From: an uncultured virus (IMG/VR IMGVR_UViG_3300017763_003471)
Lineage: Duplodnaviria; Heunggongvirae; Uroviricota; Caudoviricetes
Direction: 5' to 3' (one strand)
Length of the DNA stretch: 64,000 bases
IMG/VR virus record: IMGVR_UViG_3300017763_003471
Span: 62,001-126,000 of that record
The notes beneath the pieces are model-generated. The model made no database searches. It was given only the letters and a program-made list of their open reading frames with translations, and was not told where the DNA came from. Of this stretch, positions 48,901 through 58,390 are shown piece after piece (position 1 is the stretch's first letter; the number at the start of each line of letters is the position of its first letter). Both the position numbers and the translations under genes were made by a program.

Positions 48901-49304
48901 TATTCTATCGTAATCTTTAAGTCTTTATTAACTACTAACTTATTTTTATTAGTAATATTTATCATTGCTAGAAACCACTCATCATTGATAAGGCTACTGC
49001 TTGGATTTGAACATTCATTCATAACTTTTTGTAAAACACTTTCTTTATAACCTGATGGATTGGGATCTCCTAAGATTATGTAATTGTATTTGCCTTCTGA
49101 TATTTCTGTATCCCAATGTTTTATAGCACCGGGCAAATCATTAGTTGTATTCAATGCTATTCTTAACCCATCAACTGTATCATATAAAGACTTAAACGGA
49201 TTAACCGGCTGTTTGTCCTCACATAATGCAATGATTATTCTGTATAACATTAACTTATATTGAGATTGTATTCCTTCCGGAATAATTACCTTGGGTGTGT
49301 ACAT
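48900..49304 (-). CDS. Hypothetical protein downstream of clamp loader
   Basis: 134-aa coupled ORF. Confidence 0.55.
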   Translation of the reverse strand: MYTPKVIIPEGIQSQYKLMLYRIIIALCEDKQPVNPFKSLYDTVDGLRIALNTTNDLPGAIKHWDTEISEGKYNYIILGDPNPSGYKESVLQKVMNECSNPSSSLINDEWFLAMINITNKNKLVVNKDLKITIE

Positions 49305-50236
49305 TACTTTGCTATGTATTGTAACTCTAATAATGTCGCACTTAGATTAATCTCAGGATCAGCAACTAGTGAATGATTTACTAAACCATCACGTATACAC
49401 ATCAATGCTTTACCTCTTTTCATTTCATCATCGCCAAACCAATCTAAATTCTCATATAGTTTACGATACACTCCTTCATATTCTTCTGCACGTGCTTTTG
49501 ATACAATCAATTTACGTGCCTCTGCTACTTTACCTAACTGAAACAATGCCACATATTCAAGTATCCAATCACTCTCACCACTTTCACCTTGACCAGGTTG
49601 TTGCAAAGCACCATCAACAATATTTTGTTGAACCATATTGATACATTTACGTAAATCAGGATATGCTGACCTAACATAAACGTCAAGTATTTCTAAATCT
49701 GGTTGAATGTTTTCTGTAATAAGAATTTCAGCAACACGGGCTGTGAACTCATTCGTATCTAGTTTTTCAATATGATAACCTTGACAACGTGAATGAATTG
49801 CTGGAATAACTTTGTTTGGATAATTACATGTTAGAATAAATCTACATGTTGAAGAATACGTCTCCATCATATTACGTAGAATTGCTTGTGCATTTTGAGA
49901 TAGATAATCTGCCTCATCTAGTAAGACATATTTAAAATCACCTGAAAAAGGAAGTGAACTAGCAAATCCATTAATCTTTGTACGCATTGTGTCTACGTTA
50001 TTTTCACTTGATGCATTGATGAACATTACATCACCATCATCAACTTGTAATTCTTTTAGAAGAACTTTTGCTAATGTAGTTTTACCTGTTCCTGCTGAAC
50101 CCGAAAATAATAGATGTGGTATAGCACCACTTTCTACCCAACTTTGTACTTGATGTTTCTGTTTATCGTCCCTAAAAACATACTGACCTATACTACTTGG
50201 TCTGTATTTTTCTACCCATAATTCTTTCAAGTTCAA
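49304..50236 (-). CDS. Clamp-loader AAA+ subunit (T4 gp44 / RFC small-like)
   Basis: LWVEKYRP, GSAGTGKTT, INAS, LLDEAD, FILTCNY, IHSRC, PDLRKCIN; TTG start (50236 or 50230). Confidence 0.92.
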   Translation of the reverse strand: MNLKELWVEKYRPSSIGQYVFRDDKQKHQVQSWVESGAIPHLLFSGSAGTGKTTLAKVLLKELQVDDGDVMFINASSENNVDTMRTKINGFASSLPFSGDFKYVLLDEADYLSQNAQAILRNMMETYSSTCRFILTCNYPNKVIPAIHSRCQGYHIEKLDTNEFTARVAEILITENIQPDLEILDVYVRSAYPDLRKCINMVQQNIVDGALQQPGQGESGESDWILEYVALFQLGKVAEARKLIVSKARAEEYEGVYRKLYENLDWFGDDEMKRGKALMCIRDGLVNHSLVADPEINLSATLLELQYIAK

Positions 50237-50349
50237 CTCCGTTTTCTTTTATAAAATCTTTTGCTTTACCATTTAAAGTTTCATCTTCTGTCAAAGGCGG
50301 TTGCCATACGATATCCTTTTGGAATTTCGCTTCTTTTAAAACTTCATTT

Positions 50350-50378
50350 ATTTTAAGTCCTTTTGTAAACTTTGTCAA
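50350..50378 (-). promoter_or_regulatory. Sigma70 promoter upstream of clamp loader
   Basis: TTGACA-N17-TAAAAT. Confidence 0.55.
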
Positions 50379-50381
50379 CAC

Positions 50382-50801
50382 CTATTCCTCTTTGTCCCAT
50401 GGCATTGGATTATTAAGTTGATGATAATATTCTTTCTTTAGTTGAATCATTGCACGAAATGGAACTCTATGTTCATGACATGCCCTACCTGCGGCTGATA
50501 TTCTTACGAATCTTTGTCCTTCTCTATTCTTAGGACCAATGAACATTTCAACACCCTTTGCTTTTCCAACCCATTCATTTTGCCAGTTTTCAATCATATC
50601 ATCAAACTCTGCTTTATCCCAATAATATGTCATAGCAAAGTTATCAGTAACACGTACTGTCATTTTCAAACGTTCTCTGTGTTTGAAATAATATATTTTG
50701 ATATCTTTTCCGAAAGGTTTGATATAATCGAATTGTTTTGAGAACTTATCCATTCTCTCAAAGAGAGCATCTAAGTTCTCAGACTCTTTGTTTTCACTCA
50801 T
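50382..50801 (-). CDS. Hypothetical protein
   Basis: ATGA coupling at 50798-50801, MSENKESENL... Confidence 0.6.
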   Translation of the reverse strand: MSENKESENLDALFERMDKFSKQFDYIKPFGKDIKIYYFKHRERLKMTVRVTDNFAMTYYWDKAEFDDMIENWQNEWVGKAKGVEMFIGPKNREGQRFVRISAAGRACHEHRVPFRAMIQLKKEYYHQLNNPMPWDKEE

Positions 50802-50995
50802 ACGAAATTTTCTATTCCACTGTCTTGACCTAACCACTCTTGCTCTCTGACTTCTTCAATTCTGTGATGTCGATATGCATTAGGTCTTGTTTCTCTAATT
50901 GTTTCTAAATGTGCATTTGCCTCTTCTAATGTTTCGAATCTAGCAACTACTACTTCATTTTCAACTCTCGGTGTGTAAATAATTTCAAAAGACAT
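50798..50995 (-). CDS. Small hypothetical protein
   Basis: 65 aa, AGGA RBS. Confidence 0.55.
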   Translation of the reverse strand: MSFEIIYTPRVENEVVVARFETLEEANAHLETIRETRPNAYRHHRIEEVREQEWLGQDSGIENFV

Positions 50996-51003
50996 GTTGT
51001 TTC

Positions 51004-51216
51004 CTATTCGTCTATTTTTGCAAATTCTATTTGTGGTTTTCCTTTTTCGTCAATCGTATGACCTTTTACTTTGAGATATCCGTTATGATGAAGCATATCA
51101 ATCATACCTCCAGCACCTTGCTCTCGTCCTACGTCTTTACCTTTTAAATATCCCATATAAAATAACACTAAACCGAAAAAAACGGCAATGTATCCTGGGT
51201 TTATACCTAAATCCAT
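51004..51216 (-). CDS. Small single-TM protein
   Basis: AGGAG RBS; promoter TTGACA-N17-TATTAT at 51244-51272. Confidence 0.6.
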   Translation of the reverse strand: MDLGINPGYIAVFFGLVLFYMGYLKGKDVGREQGAGGMIDMLHHNGYLKVKGHTIDEKGKPQIEFAKIDE

Positions 51217-51275
51217 AAGTTTCTCCTATGAGTTATATAGATAATAATAACATTAAACAAACTCGGTGTCAAGTG

Positions 51276-51704
51276 TTATTTCTTCAATTTTTGTATTTCT
51301 TGCGAATTAGCGGCTATCTTATCATCTTGTACTTTATCGATAAGTGACTTCATCTTTTGTGCTTTTTCCTCATCAGTGTCAACGTGTAAGTCTTTTTTGA
51401 TAACTTTTTCTAGTTTTAGTACTGGAATTCTTTCATTTGGAACATATCTCCACGTATATCCTCTCTCAGAATATACACCAAATACTGTCTGTCTTGCACC
51501 AATCTTTACAATCATTGCTAGTTCGCCATCAAGTAGAACCTCATCGCCTTCATTAAATGCTGGATCCATTTTGAATTTTAAGCCTTTTGCTAATCCTGTA
51601 GCAAAATCTTTAAACCAAATAGCAACAACCAAAGATATTAAGACACCAATCCAGGGTAAAAGAAAATCAGATAATTCCATGCTTAGTGAGTTAAGGTCAT
51701 TCAT
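51276..51704 (-). CDS. Short MscS-like mechanosensitive channel domain protein
   Basis: TM then FNEGDEV...IVKIGARQT...YVPNE; late promoter 51726-33. Confidence 0.65.
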   Translation of the reverse strand: MNDLNSLSMELSDFLLPWIGVLISLVVAIWFKDFATGLAKGLKFKMDPAFNEGDEVLLDGELAMIVKIGARQTVFGVYSERGYTWRYVPNERIPVLKLEKVIKKDLHVDTDEEKAQKMKSLIDKVQDDKIAANSQEIQKLKK

Positions 51705-51749
51705 TTGAGTCTCCCATTATAGTCGTATTTATACAAAATGGGTATTTGT

Positions 51750-51827
51750 TGGCAGAGGTGATAGGATTCGAACCTACTAATACTGGTTTTGGAGACCAGT
51801 GTGAAACTCCAACTTCACGGCACCCCC
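51750..51827 (-). tRNA. tRNA-Trp(CCA), atypical D-arm region, CCA encoded
   Basis: CTGGT-CTCCAAA-ACCAG; GTAGG-TTCGAAT-CCTAT; ends GCCA; C8/C9 and no A21. Confidence 0.8.
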
Positions 51828-52031
51828 TCGCAACAACTTTTTGACGGTGTCAATTTTTTGAATAGAATCACTGTCAAATTTACTTCATACAAATATAAAC
51901 GATTTAAGCCAAAAAGTCAATACCTATTGTCAAATTTTTGAACCATTTAGATAAATATTAACATTGAGTATAATTATTTTTAAAATTATATATATGGTTT
52001 TGTTACTGACTGTAAGGTTTGAAGAAATTCT

Positions 52032-52652
52032 ATGATGCAGTCAGGCTTAGAGGAGACACTTATGAGCCTAAAAAGGAAATATCTTTCCCACTCTACCGCT
52101 TTGACCTTTTTCATTGCGTTACTTTTGGGAATCATGTTAACTACATCTGCGATTGCGGCAGATCCTATCGTTACAGATTCTACTAGTAATAGTACAGTCA
52201 AGTCTGATACGGATACTGATACAACTGTAAAAAGCCCACCACCTAGTGCTATATCGCCTTCTATTAGTGGAAGTAATTCTGATTTATGTACTGTTGGTGT
52301 TAGTGGCGCAGTACAAACGCAGATTTTAGGAGTATCTACAGGTCAAACCTACAGGGATGCCAATTGTGAAAGACTTAAACTTTCCAAAACACTATACGAT
52401 ATGGGCATGAAGGTTGCGGCGGTATCAGTAATGTGTCAAGACCGAAGAGTTTTTGATGCTATGGCTATGGCAGGGACACCCTGTCCGTACAATGGTAAAA
52501 TTGGCGAAGAAGCATACGAATTGTGGAAAAAGAATCCACAAAAGATGCCTAAAAAGGTTGATGTAGATAATGAGAAAAAACTTGCTAAAGAAGGAATGGT
52601 CGAAGGGCTTACTATCGGCGGTATTCTTGCTGTTCTGGCTTTCGTTCTGTAG
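52032..52652 (+). CDS. Exported Cys-containing protein with C-terminal membrane anchor
   Basis: Signal ...TSAIA-A; PPPSAISP, DLC, NCERLKLSK, VMCQD, GTPCP; late promoter 51950-57; start may be MSLKRK. Confidence 0.65.
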   Translation: MMQSGLEETLMSLKRKYLSHSTALTFFIALLLGIMLTTSAIAADPIVTDSTSNSTVKSDTDTDTTVKSPPPSAISPSISGSNSDLCTVGVSGAVQTQILGVSTGQTYRDANCERLKLSKTLYDMGMKVAAVSVMCQDRRVFDAMAMAGTPCPYNGKIGEEAYELWKKNPQKMPKKVDVDNEKKLAKEGMVEGLTIGGILAVLAFVL

Positions 52653-55395
52653 CACAGTATTCGCATCAGATACCACTGCACCAACTAACCCAACAACTAC
52701 TAGTCCAAATACCTTAGATTTAGATGATGGTACAATAGGCCAACCATTTGGTAATTGTCCTGCAGGCACTTCTGCCGCATATGTTTATGGATCTGGAAGT
52801 ACTATAAGGTGGGGAGAGTGCCAAAATACATTTGCTATTTCTTATGCAATCAATCAAGCACTACAAGGCACAGGCGTAAGCATAGATAAAGTTCACTATC
52901 AATGGAAGTATATTCACTGTTTCAATACACCTGGTAACTTTTGTAGTGCCAATATCAGCAATAGAGCAAACACTACAACAGGTGAAGTCACCGATGATAC
53001 ATATTGGGACGAATTAGTTGTAGTTGTAGAAGTCACAGATTCTAGTGGTAATGTAGTTGAAACAAAAACTTGGACAATGGATACATGGTATCAATGGAAT
53101 TCAAGTAATAGCCACAGTACTAATGAAGTCGCAGAAGGTACAACTGTCTGGCAGATACACGAAGACAATATAGAAATTTACAATCACATAGATAAAGTAG
53201 GAACAATACGTACACCAAATTCAGTAGGTGATGTTCGTTTTAGAATTAATGGTTACGATAAAGGTAATTGGGACGGGTACTACGGACCTATCGTAAAAGA
53301 TATAAAAACTTGGTTTACTTATAGAGCAAATCCTTGTAATGATACTGCACTATATGATCCAAGTTGTCCAGGATATGCTACTGCATATGCGGCCCAACAA
53401 TATGACCAAAATTGTGCCGCTGATGCTTTATACGATTCAGGTTGTCCTGGTTATGCTACTGCTTATTTTAATCAACAATGTAGTTTAGATGCAACACACG
53501 ATGCGGCTTGTCCGGGATATGCAGAAGCAATCTATACTCAACAATGTACTGCTAATCCTCTTTATGATAGTGGGTGTACGGGTTATGCCGCGGCCTACTT
53601 AGCACAACAATGTGGCTTAGATGCACACTACGATAGTTCATGTACAGGTTATAGTAGTGCAATTACAGAATTAACAAGCAATGGTACAAACGTTGCAGGA
53701 GCAGGCAGTGACTTTGTTGAAGTAACTAAAGCAAATGACCCAACACTTTATTGGATATTATATTATAACCAAGCAGAAATAAACGCAGGTGGCTGGAAAT
53801 GGGAATGTACAGGTACGAATTGTACTGATGATTATGGAACTATCAGTAGTGTTTCGGTTCAAGGTAGTGGAACTGGAACTCATATGTTCTTATATACAAA
53901 AAATGCAAGTGGAAATACTGTTCAACCAGACAATGGTAAGACTTATAGATTTTTTAAAACTTCATACATGACAACACAATGCGATTCAAATACACTATTC
54001 AATCAAATGTGTACAGGTTATGCAGAAGCATATGCAACATATATATTCAATCAGGCATGTACTGCCAATCCTTTATATGATTCAGAATGTACAGGTTATG
54101 ATGCGGCATATTTAACACTTCAATGTGAATCTAATCCATTATATGATAGTTCATGTACTGGATATGCGGCGGCTTTCTTAACATATCAATGTGAGCAAAA
54201 TCCATTGTATGATGAAAGTTGTACAGGATATGCTGATGCATATTTTAATCAGCAATGTGATTTAGATCCACTTTATAACTTTCAATGTACAGGATATCAA
54301 GATGCATACTTCAATCAACAATGTCAACAAAACCCACAATATGATGAAATGTGTCCAGGTTATGTTGCACCTGTAGTAGAAACAGATATAGATGATATTA
54401 TTGATGATGGTACAGGTACTGGTGATTCAGTTGTTGATAATATTATTGAGGCACCAGAAGTTACTATTCCTGGTAATATACCCGGAGTAGAAATTATTAC
54501 AGTACCAGAAATAGAAGTTGAAATACCAGATATTACACCAGTAGAACCAGAAGTAATAGAAGTTCCTGTTCCAGATGTTACAGAACAACTTGAATTAGAA
54601 ATTGAGATGGAACTAGAGATGGAAATTGAAGCAGAAATGGAAATCGATATAGAAATTCCAACACAAGATACATCTGATGATACAATGGAAGTAGAAGTAG
54701 AGACAGAAGAAAGTGAGTCAGAGTCAATAGAAGATATTGAAGTAGAAAGTGAAAATGAAAGTACAGAAAATGAAACTACAGAAGAAAGTACAGAAGAAGA
54801 ATCCACAGAAGAAGAAAATACAGAAGAAGAATCAACTGAGGATGAAGGTAGTGACGAAGAAAATGAATCTGAGGAAAATACTGATGAATCTGAGAATGAA
54901 GAAAGTGAGGAAGAGTCAGAAGAAGAAGTAGAAGAAAAAGAAGAAGAAGAAAAGGAAGAAAAGTCAGATAAAAAAGAAAAGAAAGAAGAAAAGAAAGATG
55001 ATAAGAAAGATGAAAAATCTTCCGATAAAGAAGAAACTACTTCAAATAAATCTACAAAAAAGAAAATGACTAAAGAAGAAAAAAGAAAAGCAAAATTAAA
55101 AAAGATGAAAGAAATCATCAAAAACAAATTGAAAGAGTTAGCAGATGTTATGGGCAAAGCCGTTTCATTAGAACAACAACAGGCATTACAAGCCCAAATA
55201 ACTGCACTTATAAATTATGTACCAGGTTTTAAAGCATATGGGGAGTATTATATACCAGGTGTAGAATTTTATCAATATGAAGAAATCTATAAAGATAAAA
55301 AGATACCTGAAAACCAAAGAGGCCTAAGAAACGGTCTCGCAAATGAGATATTGCATGAGAAAATGGTTGATATGCAATACGAGGGGATGGAATAA
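52570..55395 (+). CDS. Large exported protein with 11 Cys-pair repeats and long acidic linker
   Basis: Signal peptide ...STVFA; CxxxPLYDxxCxGY repeats; Glu-rich then Lys-rich tract. Confidence 0.75.
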   Translation: MRKNLLKKEWSKGLLSAVFLLFWLSFCSTVFASDTTAPTNPTTTSPNTLDLDDGTIGQPFGNCPAGTSAAYVYGSGSTIRWGECQNTFAISYAINQALQGTGVSIDKVHYQWKYIHCFNTPGNFCSANISNRANTTTGEVTDDTYWDELVVVVEVTDSSGNVVETKTWTMDTWYQWNSSNSHSTNEVAEGTTVWQIHEDNIEIYNHIDKVGTIRTPNSVGDVRFRINGYDKGNWDGYYGPIVKDIKTWFTYRANPCNDTALYDPSCPGYATAYAAQQYDQNCAADALYDSGCPGYATAYFNQQCSLDATHDAACPGYAEAIYTQQCTANPLYDSGCTGYAAAYLAQQCGLDAHYDSSCTGYSSAITELTSNGTNVAGAGSDFVEVTKANDPTLYWILYYNQAEINAGGWKWECTGTNCTDDYGTISSVSVQGSGTGTHMFLYTKNASGNTVQPDNGKTYRFFKTSYMTTQCDSNTLFNQMCTGYAEAYATYIFNQACTANPLYDSECTGYDAAYLTLQCESNPLYDSSCTGYAAAFLTYQCEQNPLYDESCTGYADAYFNQQCDLDPLYNFQCTGYQDAYFNQQCQQNPQYDEMCPGYVAPVVETDIDDIIDDGTGTGDSVVDNIIEAPEVTIPGNIPGVEIITVPEIEVEIPDITPVEPEVIEVPVPDVTEQLELEIEMELEMEIEAEMEIDIEIPTQDTSDDTMEVEVETEESESESIEDIEVESENESTENETTEESTEEESTEEENTEEESTEDEGSDEENESEENTDESENEESEEESEEEVEEKEEEEKEEKSDKKEKKEEKKDDKKDEKSSDKEETTSNKSTKKKMTKEEKRKAKLKKMKEIIKNKLKELADVMGKAVSLEQQQALQAQITALINYVPGFKAYGEYYIPGVEFYQYEEIYKDKKIPENQRGLRNGLANEILHEKMVDMQYEGME
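53335..54363 (+). repeat. Intragenic ~66-nt (22-aa) repeats, 5 + 6 copies split by an inserted domain
   Basis: e.g. CTANPLYDSGCTGYAAAYLAQQ, CESNPLYDSSCTGYAAAFLTYQ. Confidence 0.85.
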
Positions 55396-55724
55396 TGTTA
55401 AATTGTATAGTATTAGGTTTGGCACTTTCGGCACATATGGGATTAGAAGGAAAATACAATAATCTTCACCCATATGCAATGTGCGAAACCGAAAAGACTA
55501 TTGTAGGAACTTATTATAATAGTTTAGACCGATGGAGTCTTATTGGGGCATATAAATATAGTCTTGATGAGGATCTGTCATTAGACCTTGGCATTGCTAC
55601 TGGATACGACTATGATGTTGTACCAATGGCTAGATTAAGATATAAAAACTTATTCGTTATGCCAACAGTTGAAGATGAGGAGAGGGCTGGTGTCGTATTT
55701 GGCATACAGTTTGAATTAAAATAG
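55395..55724 (+). CDS. Small beta-rich protein, possible outer-membrane barrel
   Basis: GTYYNS, LGIATGY, alternating strands, C-terminal FGIQFELK. Confidence 0.5.
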   Translation: MLNCIVLGLALSAHMGLEGKYNNLHPYAMCETEKTIVGTYYNSLDRWSLIGAYKYSLDEDLSLDLGIATGYDYDVVPMARLRYKNLFVMPTVEDEERAGVVFGIQFELK

Positions 55725-55733
55725 GAGCAACTT

Positions 55734-56243
55734 ATGAGTGACAAAACAACAGTAGAAGTAGGTGGAGTTAAATTCACTGGCGGAAAGTTATTTTTAGTTA
55801 TAACAATTCTGAGTACACTAGGTGGCGCCGCATGGGGAGGCTTTGAATTTTATAATGATTATAGAAATATGAAAGCCAAGATAATAAGTTATCAGGCACC
55901 TGACCTAAGCGGAATTAAAGCAGACCTACAAGTAGTTAACACAAAACTTGATGAAGCACTAGACTATTCTAAAGATATTAAAAACGGATTACGTGATGAT
56001 ATCGTTAGATTAGAACGTATTGTTGATTCAATAGAAGATGATGTTAACAAAGTAGAAGACAATGTACGTGAACAGATTGATTTAGCTGACCAACGTTTTG
56101 AAAACAAACGTGACCAGTTACTTACAGACTATGAACAGAAAGCAGATAGCTTACGTACTAGTACTGATTTAAAACTTAAAGAACTTGAAACTAGATTGAA
56201 TAAACGTCTACAAAGGGCGTTAGACAATCCACTTGCAAACTAA
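55734..56243 (+). CDS. Single-TM coiled-coil protein
   Basis: GGVKFTGGK, TM, heptad tail ending ALDNPLAN. Confidence 0.65.
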   Translation: MSDKTTVEVGGVKFTGGKLFLVITILSTLGGAAWGGFEFYNDYRNMKAKIISYQAPDLSGIKADLQVVNTKLDEALDYSKDIKNGLRDDIVRLERIVDSIEDDVNKVEDNVREQIDLADQRFENKRDQLLTDYEQKADSLRTSTDLKLKELETRLNKRLQRALDNPLAN

Positions 56244-56248
56244 TTATT

Positions 56249-56270
56249 AGTCGGGGTTTACGCCCCGACT
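56249..56270. terminator. Hairpin terminator between convergent genes
   Basis: AGTCGGGG-TTTACG-CCCCGACT. Confidence 0.7.
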
Positions 56271-56271
56271 C

Positions 56272-56592
56272 TTAACGTATACACGGCTTAATTGAACTCT
56301 TATAATACAGAACCGTTCTATCATTTGTAGATTCTACACGATGAATTTTAGATTCTCTTGGAAGACCAAAACACTTGTTTAAACTTTGGCCTGGAAAACG
56401 GTAACGAGGGTTCTTCTTCAAAAACTCCCATTGTTCTACATTTGCTTTTCTTATATTTTCATTTCTAGTGCTATCTATACAATAAGCAACATCCGAATAC
56501 TTTTCAAATTCTGCAAAACATTTTTCTACAATAAAATTCTTAGCATTAGCAGATGTTGATATTAGTAGAAATACAAATACATATTTTAACAT
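56272..56592 (-). CDS. Secreted hypothetical protein
   Basis: Signal ...SANA; 4 Cys. Confidence 0.55.
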   Translation of the reverse strand: MLKYVFVFLLISTSANAKNFIVEKCFAEFEKYSDVAYCIDSTRNENIRKANVEQWEFLKKNPRYRFPGQSLNKCFGLPRESKIHRVESTNDRTVLYYKSSIKPCIR

Positions 56593-56807
56593 TACTTTTC
56601 TACCTTTATATTACTTGGATTATACTGTTCGCCATTGTATTTAGAACCAGTTGCATTAGGTCCAGTTTCAACGCCACTATTACAACCTACAACAACTACT
56701 GCACCAAATAAACCAAATGCAAGACATGTACGTTTTGTCCACAACATAAATGCTTCGAATGTACGTTCAGCTTCTTCTTGTGCGGCGGCTTTTACTTCAT
56801 CATTCAT
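56592..56807 (-). CDS. Small membrane protein, weak resemblance to aa3 oxidase subunit IV
   Basis: AERTFEAFMLWTKR followed by TM; ATGA coupling. Confidence 0.45.
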   Translation of the reverse strand: MNDEVKAAAQEEAERTFEAFMLWTKRTCLAFGLFGAVVVVGCNSGVETGPNATGSKYNGEQYNPSNIKVEK

Positions 56808-56956
56808 TCTGGCACCGTCCATGGATAACAAGGTACAATGCTTTGTTTACAATACTTGGCATTGTCTACTAACAACACTGGTACACCTACTATAAAAAAT
56901 AAAAGTATCAAAAATGCTGGTAGCAATCCTTTTGTTGTACAATAATTTTGACTCAT
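56804..56956 (-). CDS. Small TM protein (50 aa)
   Basis: MSQNYCTTKGLLPAFLILLFFIVGVPVLL...; ATGA coupling on both sides. Confidence 0.55.
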   Translation of the reverse strand: MSQNYCTTKGLLPAFLILLFFIVGVPVLLVDNAKYCKQSIVPCYPWTVPE

Positions 56957-57105
56957 TTAATAACCTTTCTTAATTCAGATCCTTCAAAGTTTTCCATTGC
57001 AAGATACTTTTTCAGCACAGAATTTTCAGGATCTAATCTATAAACTTCCTTAGCCAGTTCTGCAATCATTTCATAATCTAGCTTTGTTTTAATATGTTTT
57101 CCCAT
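56953..57105 (-). CDS. Small hypothetical protein (50 aa)
   Basis: MGKHIKTKLDYEM...; the longer ORF-track start overlaps tRNA-Arg. Confidence 0.5.
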   Translation of the reverse strand: MGKHIKTKLDYEMIAELAKEVYRLDPENSVLKKYLAMENFEGSELRKVIK

Positions 57106-57123
57106 TTTCTTCTTTCTTGTATT

Positions 57124-57200
57124 TGGCGCTTTCGGAAGGACTCGAACCCTCAACCTGCCGATTAGAAGTCGGCTGTTCTATCCAGTTGAACTACGAAAGC
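57124..57200 (-). tRNA. tRNA-Arg(TCT), CCA encoded
   Basis: GCCGA-CTTCTAA-TCGGC; ends GCCA. Confidence 0.95.
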
Positions 57201-57214
57201 AATTATTGTGATAT

Positions 57215-57484
57215 TTAAGATGGTGTAGGATTATGAAAATCCTCTTCATTAAGAACTACATCTTTCATTGGAACGACCACTGTAAAACCTCCTGGGTCAC
57301 GTCCATTGTCTTTGATTTCGTAAAGTTTATTTACACTATCTTGTGTAATAATAGTTCCAGTACGAGTTAGTTCTTTGATAGCAACGATAGGCAAATCAGC
57401 CAAACTATACATGCCGCCGGGTCGACCAAATTCATCTACTGTAAATTCATATGTGTATGTGCATTCCATAATGTTTCCTTTCAC
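57215..57484 (-). CDS. Hypothetical protein (likely start MEC at 57469)
   Basis: AAGGA RBS before MEC. Confidence 0.55.
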   Translation of the reverse strand: MKGNIMECTYTYEFTVDEFGRPGGMYSLADLPIVAIKELTRTGTIITQDSVNKLYEIKDNGRDPGGFTVVVPMKDVVLNEEDFHNPTPS

Positions 57485-57492
57485 ATTTAAGA

Positions 57493-57568
<76 letters not shown>

Positions 57569-57572
57569 ATAT

Positions 57573-57657
57573 TGGTGCCTCCTCCCGGACTTGAACCGGG
57601 ACGCCTTGAGGCGAGAGATTTTAAGTCTCTTGTGTCTACCTATTCCACCAAGGAGGC
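57573..57657 (-). tRNA. tRNA-Leu(TAA), CCA encoded
   Basis: AGAGA-CTTAAAA-TCTCT, long variable arm. Confidence 0.95.
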
Positions 57658-57662
57658 TAAAC

Positions 57663-57950
57663 TTAAACATTTTCCTCCTGTGGTTGTTCAGTTGAAATTG
57701 TATGCATTTTCATAATTAGAAAATTGATATCGTCTGGAGACAAACCTTGTCGAATAGAATTACCTTCATCAGTAATGCCTGGTAGTTCATTCAGTTCGCC
57801 ATTAATTAATGCACCAATCTCATACAAAGATTTCTGTGGCTCTTTGATAATACTCAATGAATACTTAGGTCCAAACTTTATACGTGTACGCATAATGCCA
57901 CCTAGTCCTTCAGTGAAATGTAAATCATCAAATGAAAATCGTTTACGCAT
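57663..57950 (-). CDS. Hypothetical protein
   Basis: MRKRFSFDDL...LYEIG...ELPGIT. Confidence 0.55.
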   Translation of the reverse strand: MRKRFSFDDLHFTEGLGGIMRTRIKFGPKYSLSIIKEPQKSLYEIGALINGELNELPGITDEGNSIRQGLSPDDINFLIMKMHTISTEQPQEENV

Positions 57951-58113
57951 ATTTAGGAGCCATGTCATTTTCAAATTGAGCAACTATCATTTTCTTATCT
58001 TCAATCATTCGTTCAATGATTGCATAGCCACTACGTTTTTCATCACTCGCACCTTCTTTAATAAGAATAAGTGCGTTCTCTAAACTTTCAATGTCGTTCA
58101 ATAATTCAATCAT
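57943..58113 (-). CDS. Small hypothetical protein (56 aa)
   Basis: MIELLNDIESLENALILIKEGASDEKR...; ATGA coupling. Confidence 0.55.
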   Translation of the reverse strand: MIELLNDIESLENALILIKEGASDEKRSGYAIIERMIEDKKMIVAQFENDMAPKYA

Positions 58114-58388
58114 GAGTAATCCTTCTCAATCCATTCTGTTGCATCACCTGTTTTCATTACACCATAGAAACGTGTATTGATACAGTTTGGTCCGGTATAC
58201 TTCCAACGTATATTCATACACATACCACCGGCACTTTCTTTTTCTCTAACTGCATAACCAATCGATTCTAAATCTCCAAAGCAGTATTGAGGTGACCCAC
58301 CTGCTTCGATTATATTTGGACACATATTCATATCAATCTCTGCTTTAAGATTTTCAATCTTTTGATTGCTATGAAATACAGTATACAT
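58110..58388 (-). CDS. Hypothetical early protein
   Basis: 92-aa ORF in early operon. Confidence 0.55.
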   Translation of the reverse strand: MYTVFHSNQKIENLKAEIDMNMCPNIIEAGGSPQYCFGDLESIGYAVREKESAGGMCMNIRWKYTGPNCINTRFYGVMKTGDATEWIEKDYS

Positions 58389-58390
58389 TA

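Noticed and set aside
50193..50384. TAG followed in frame by a 62-codon ORF, suggesting amber recoding (genetic code 15)
   Set aside because: Long genes are uninterrupted in code 11, TAG ends several genes normally, and no suppressor tRNA was seen. The segment overlaps a TTGACA-N17-TAAAAT promoter and is at most a separate small gene.
53335..54363. CRISPR array
   Set aside because: Repeats are degenerate, in-frame protein repeats without unique spacers; no cas genes seen.
54360..55157. 265-aa Ser-rich minus-strand ORF
   Set aside because: Antisense of the Glu/Lys-rich low-complexity tract.
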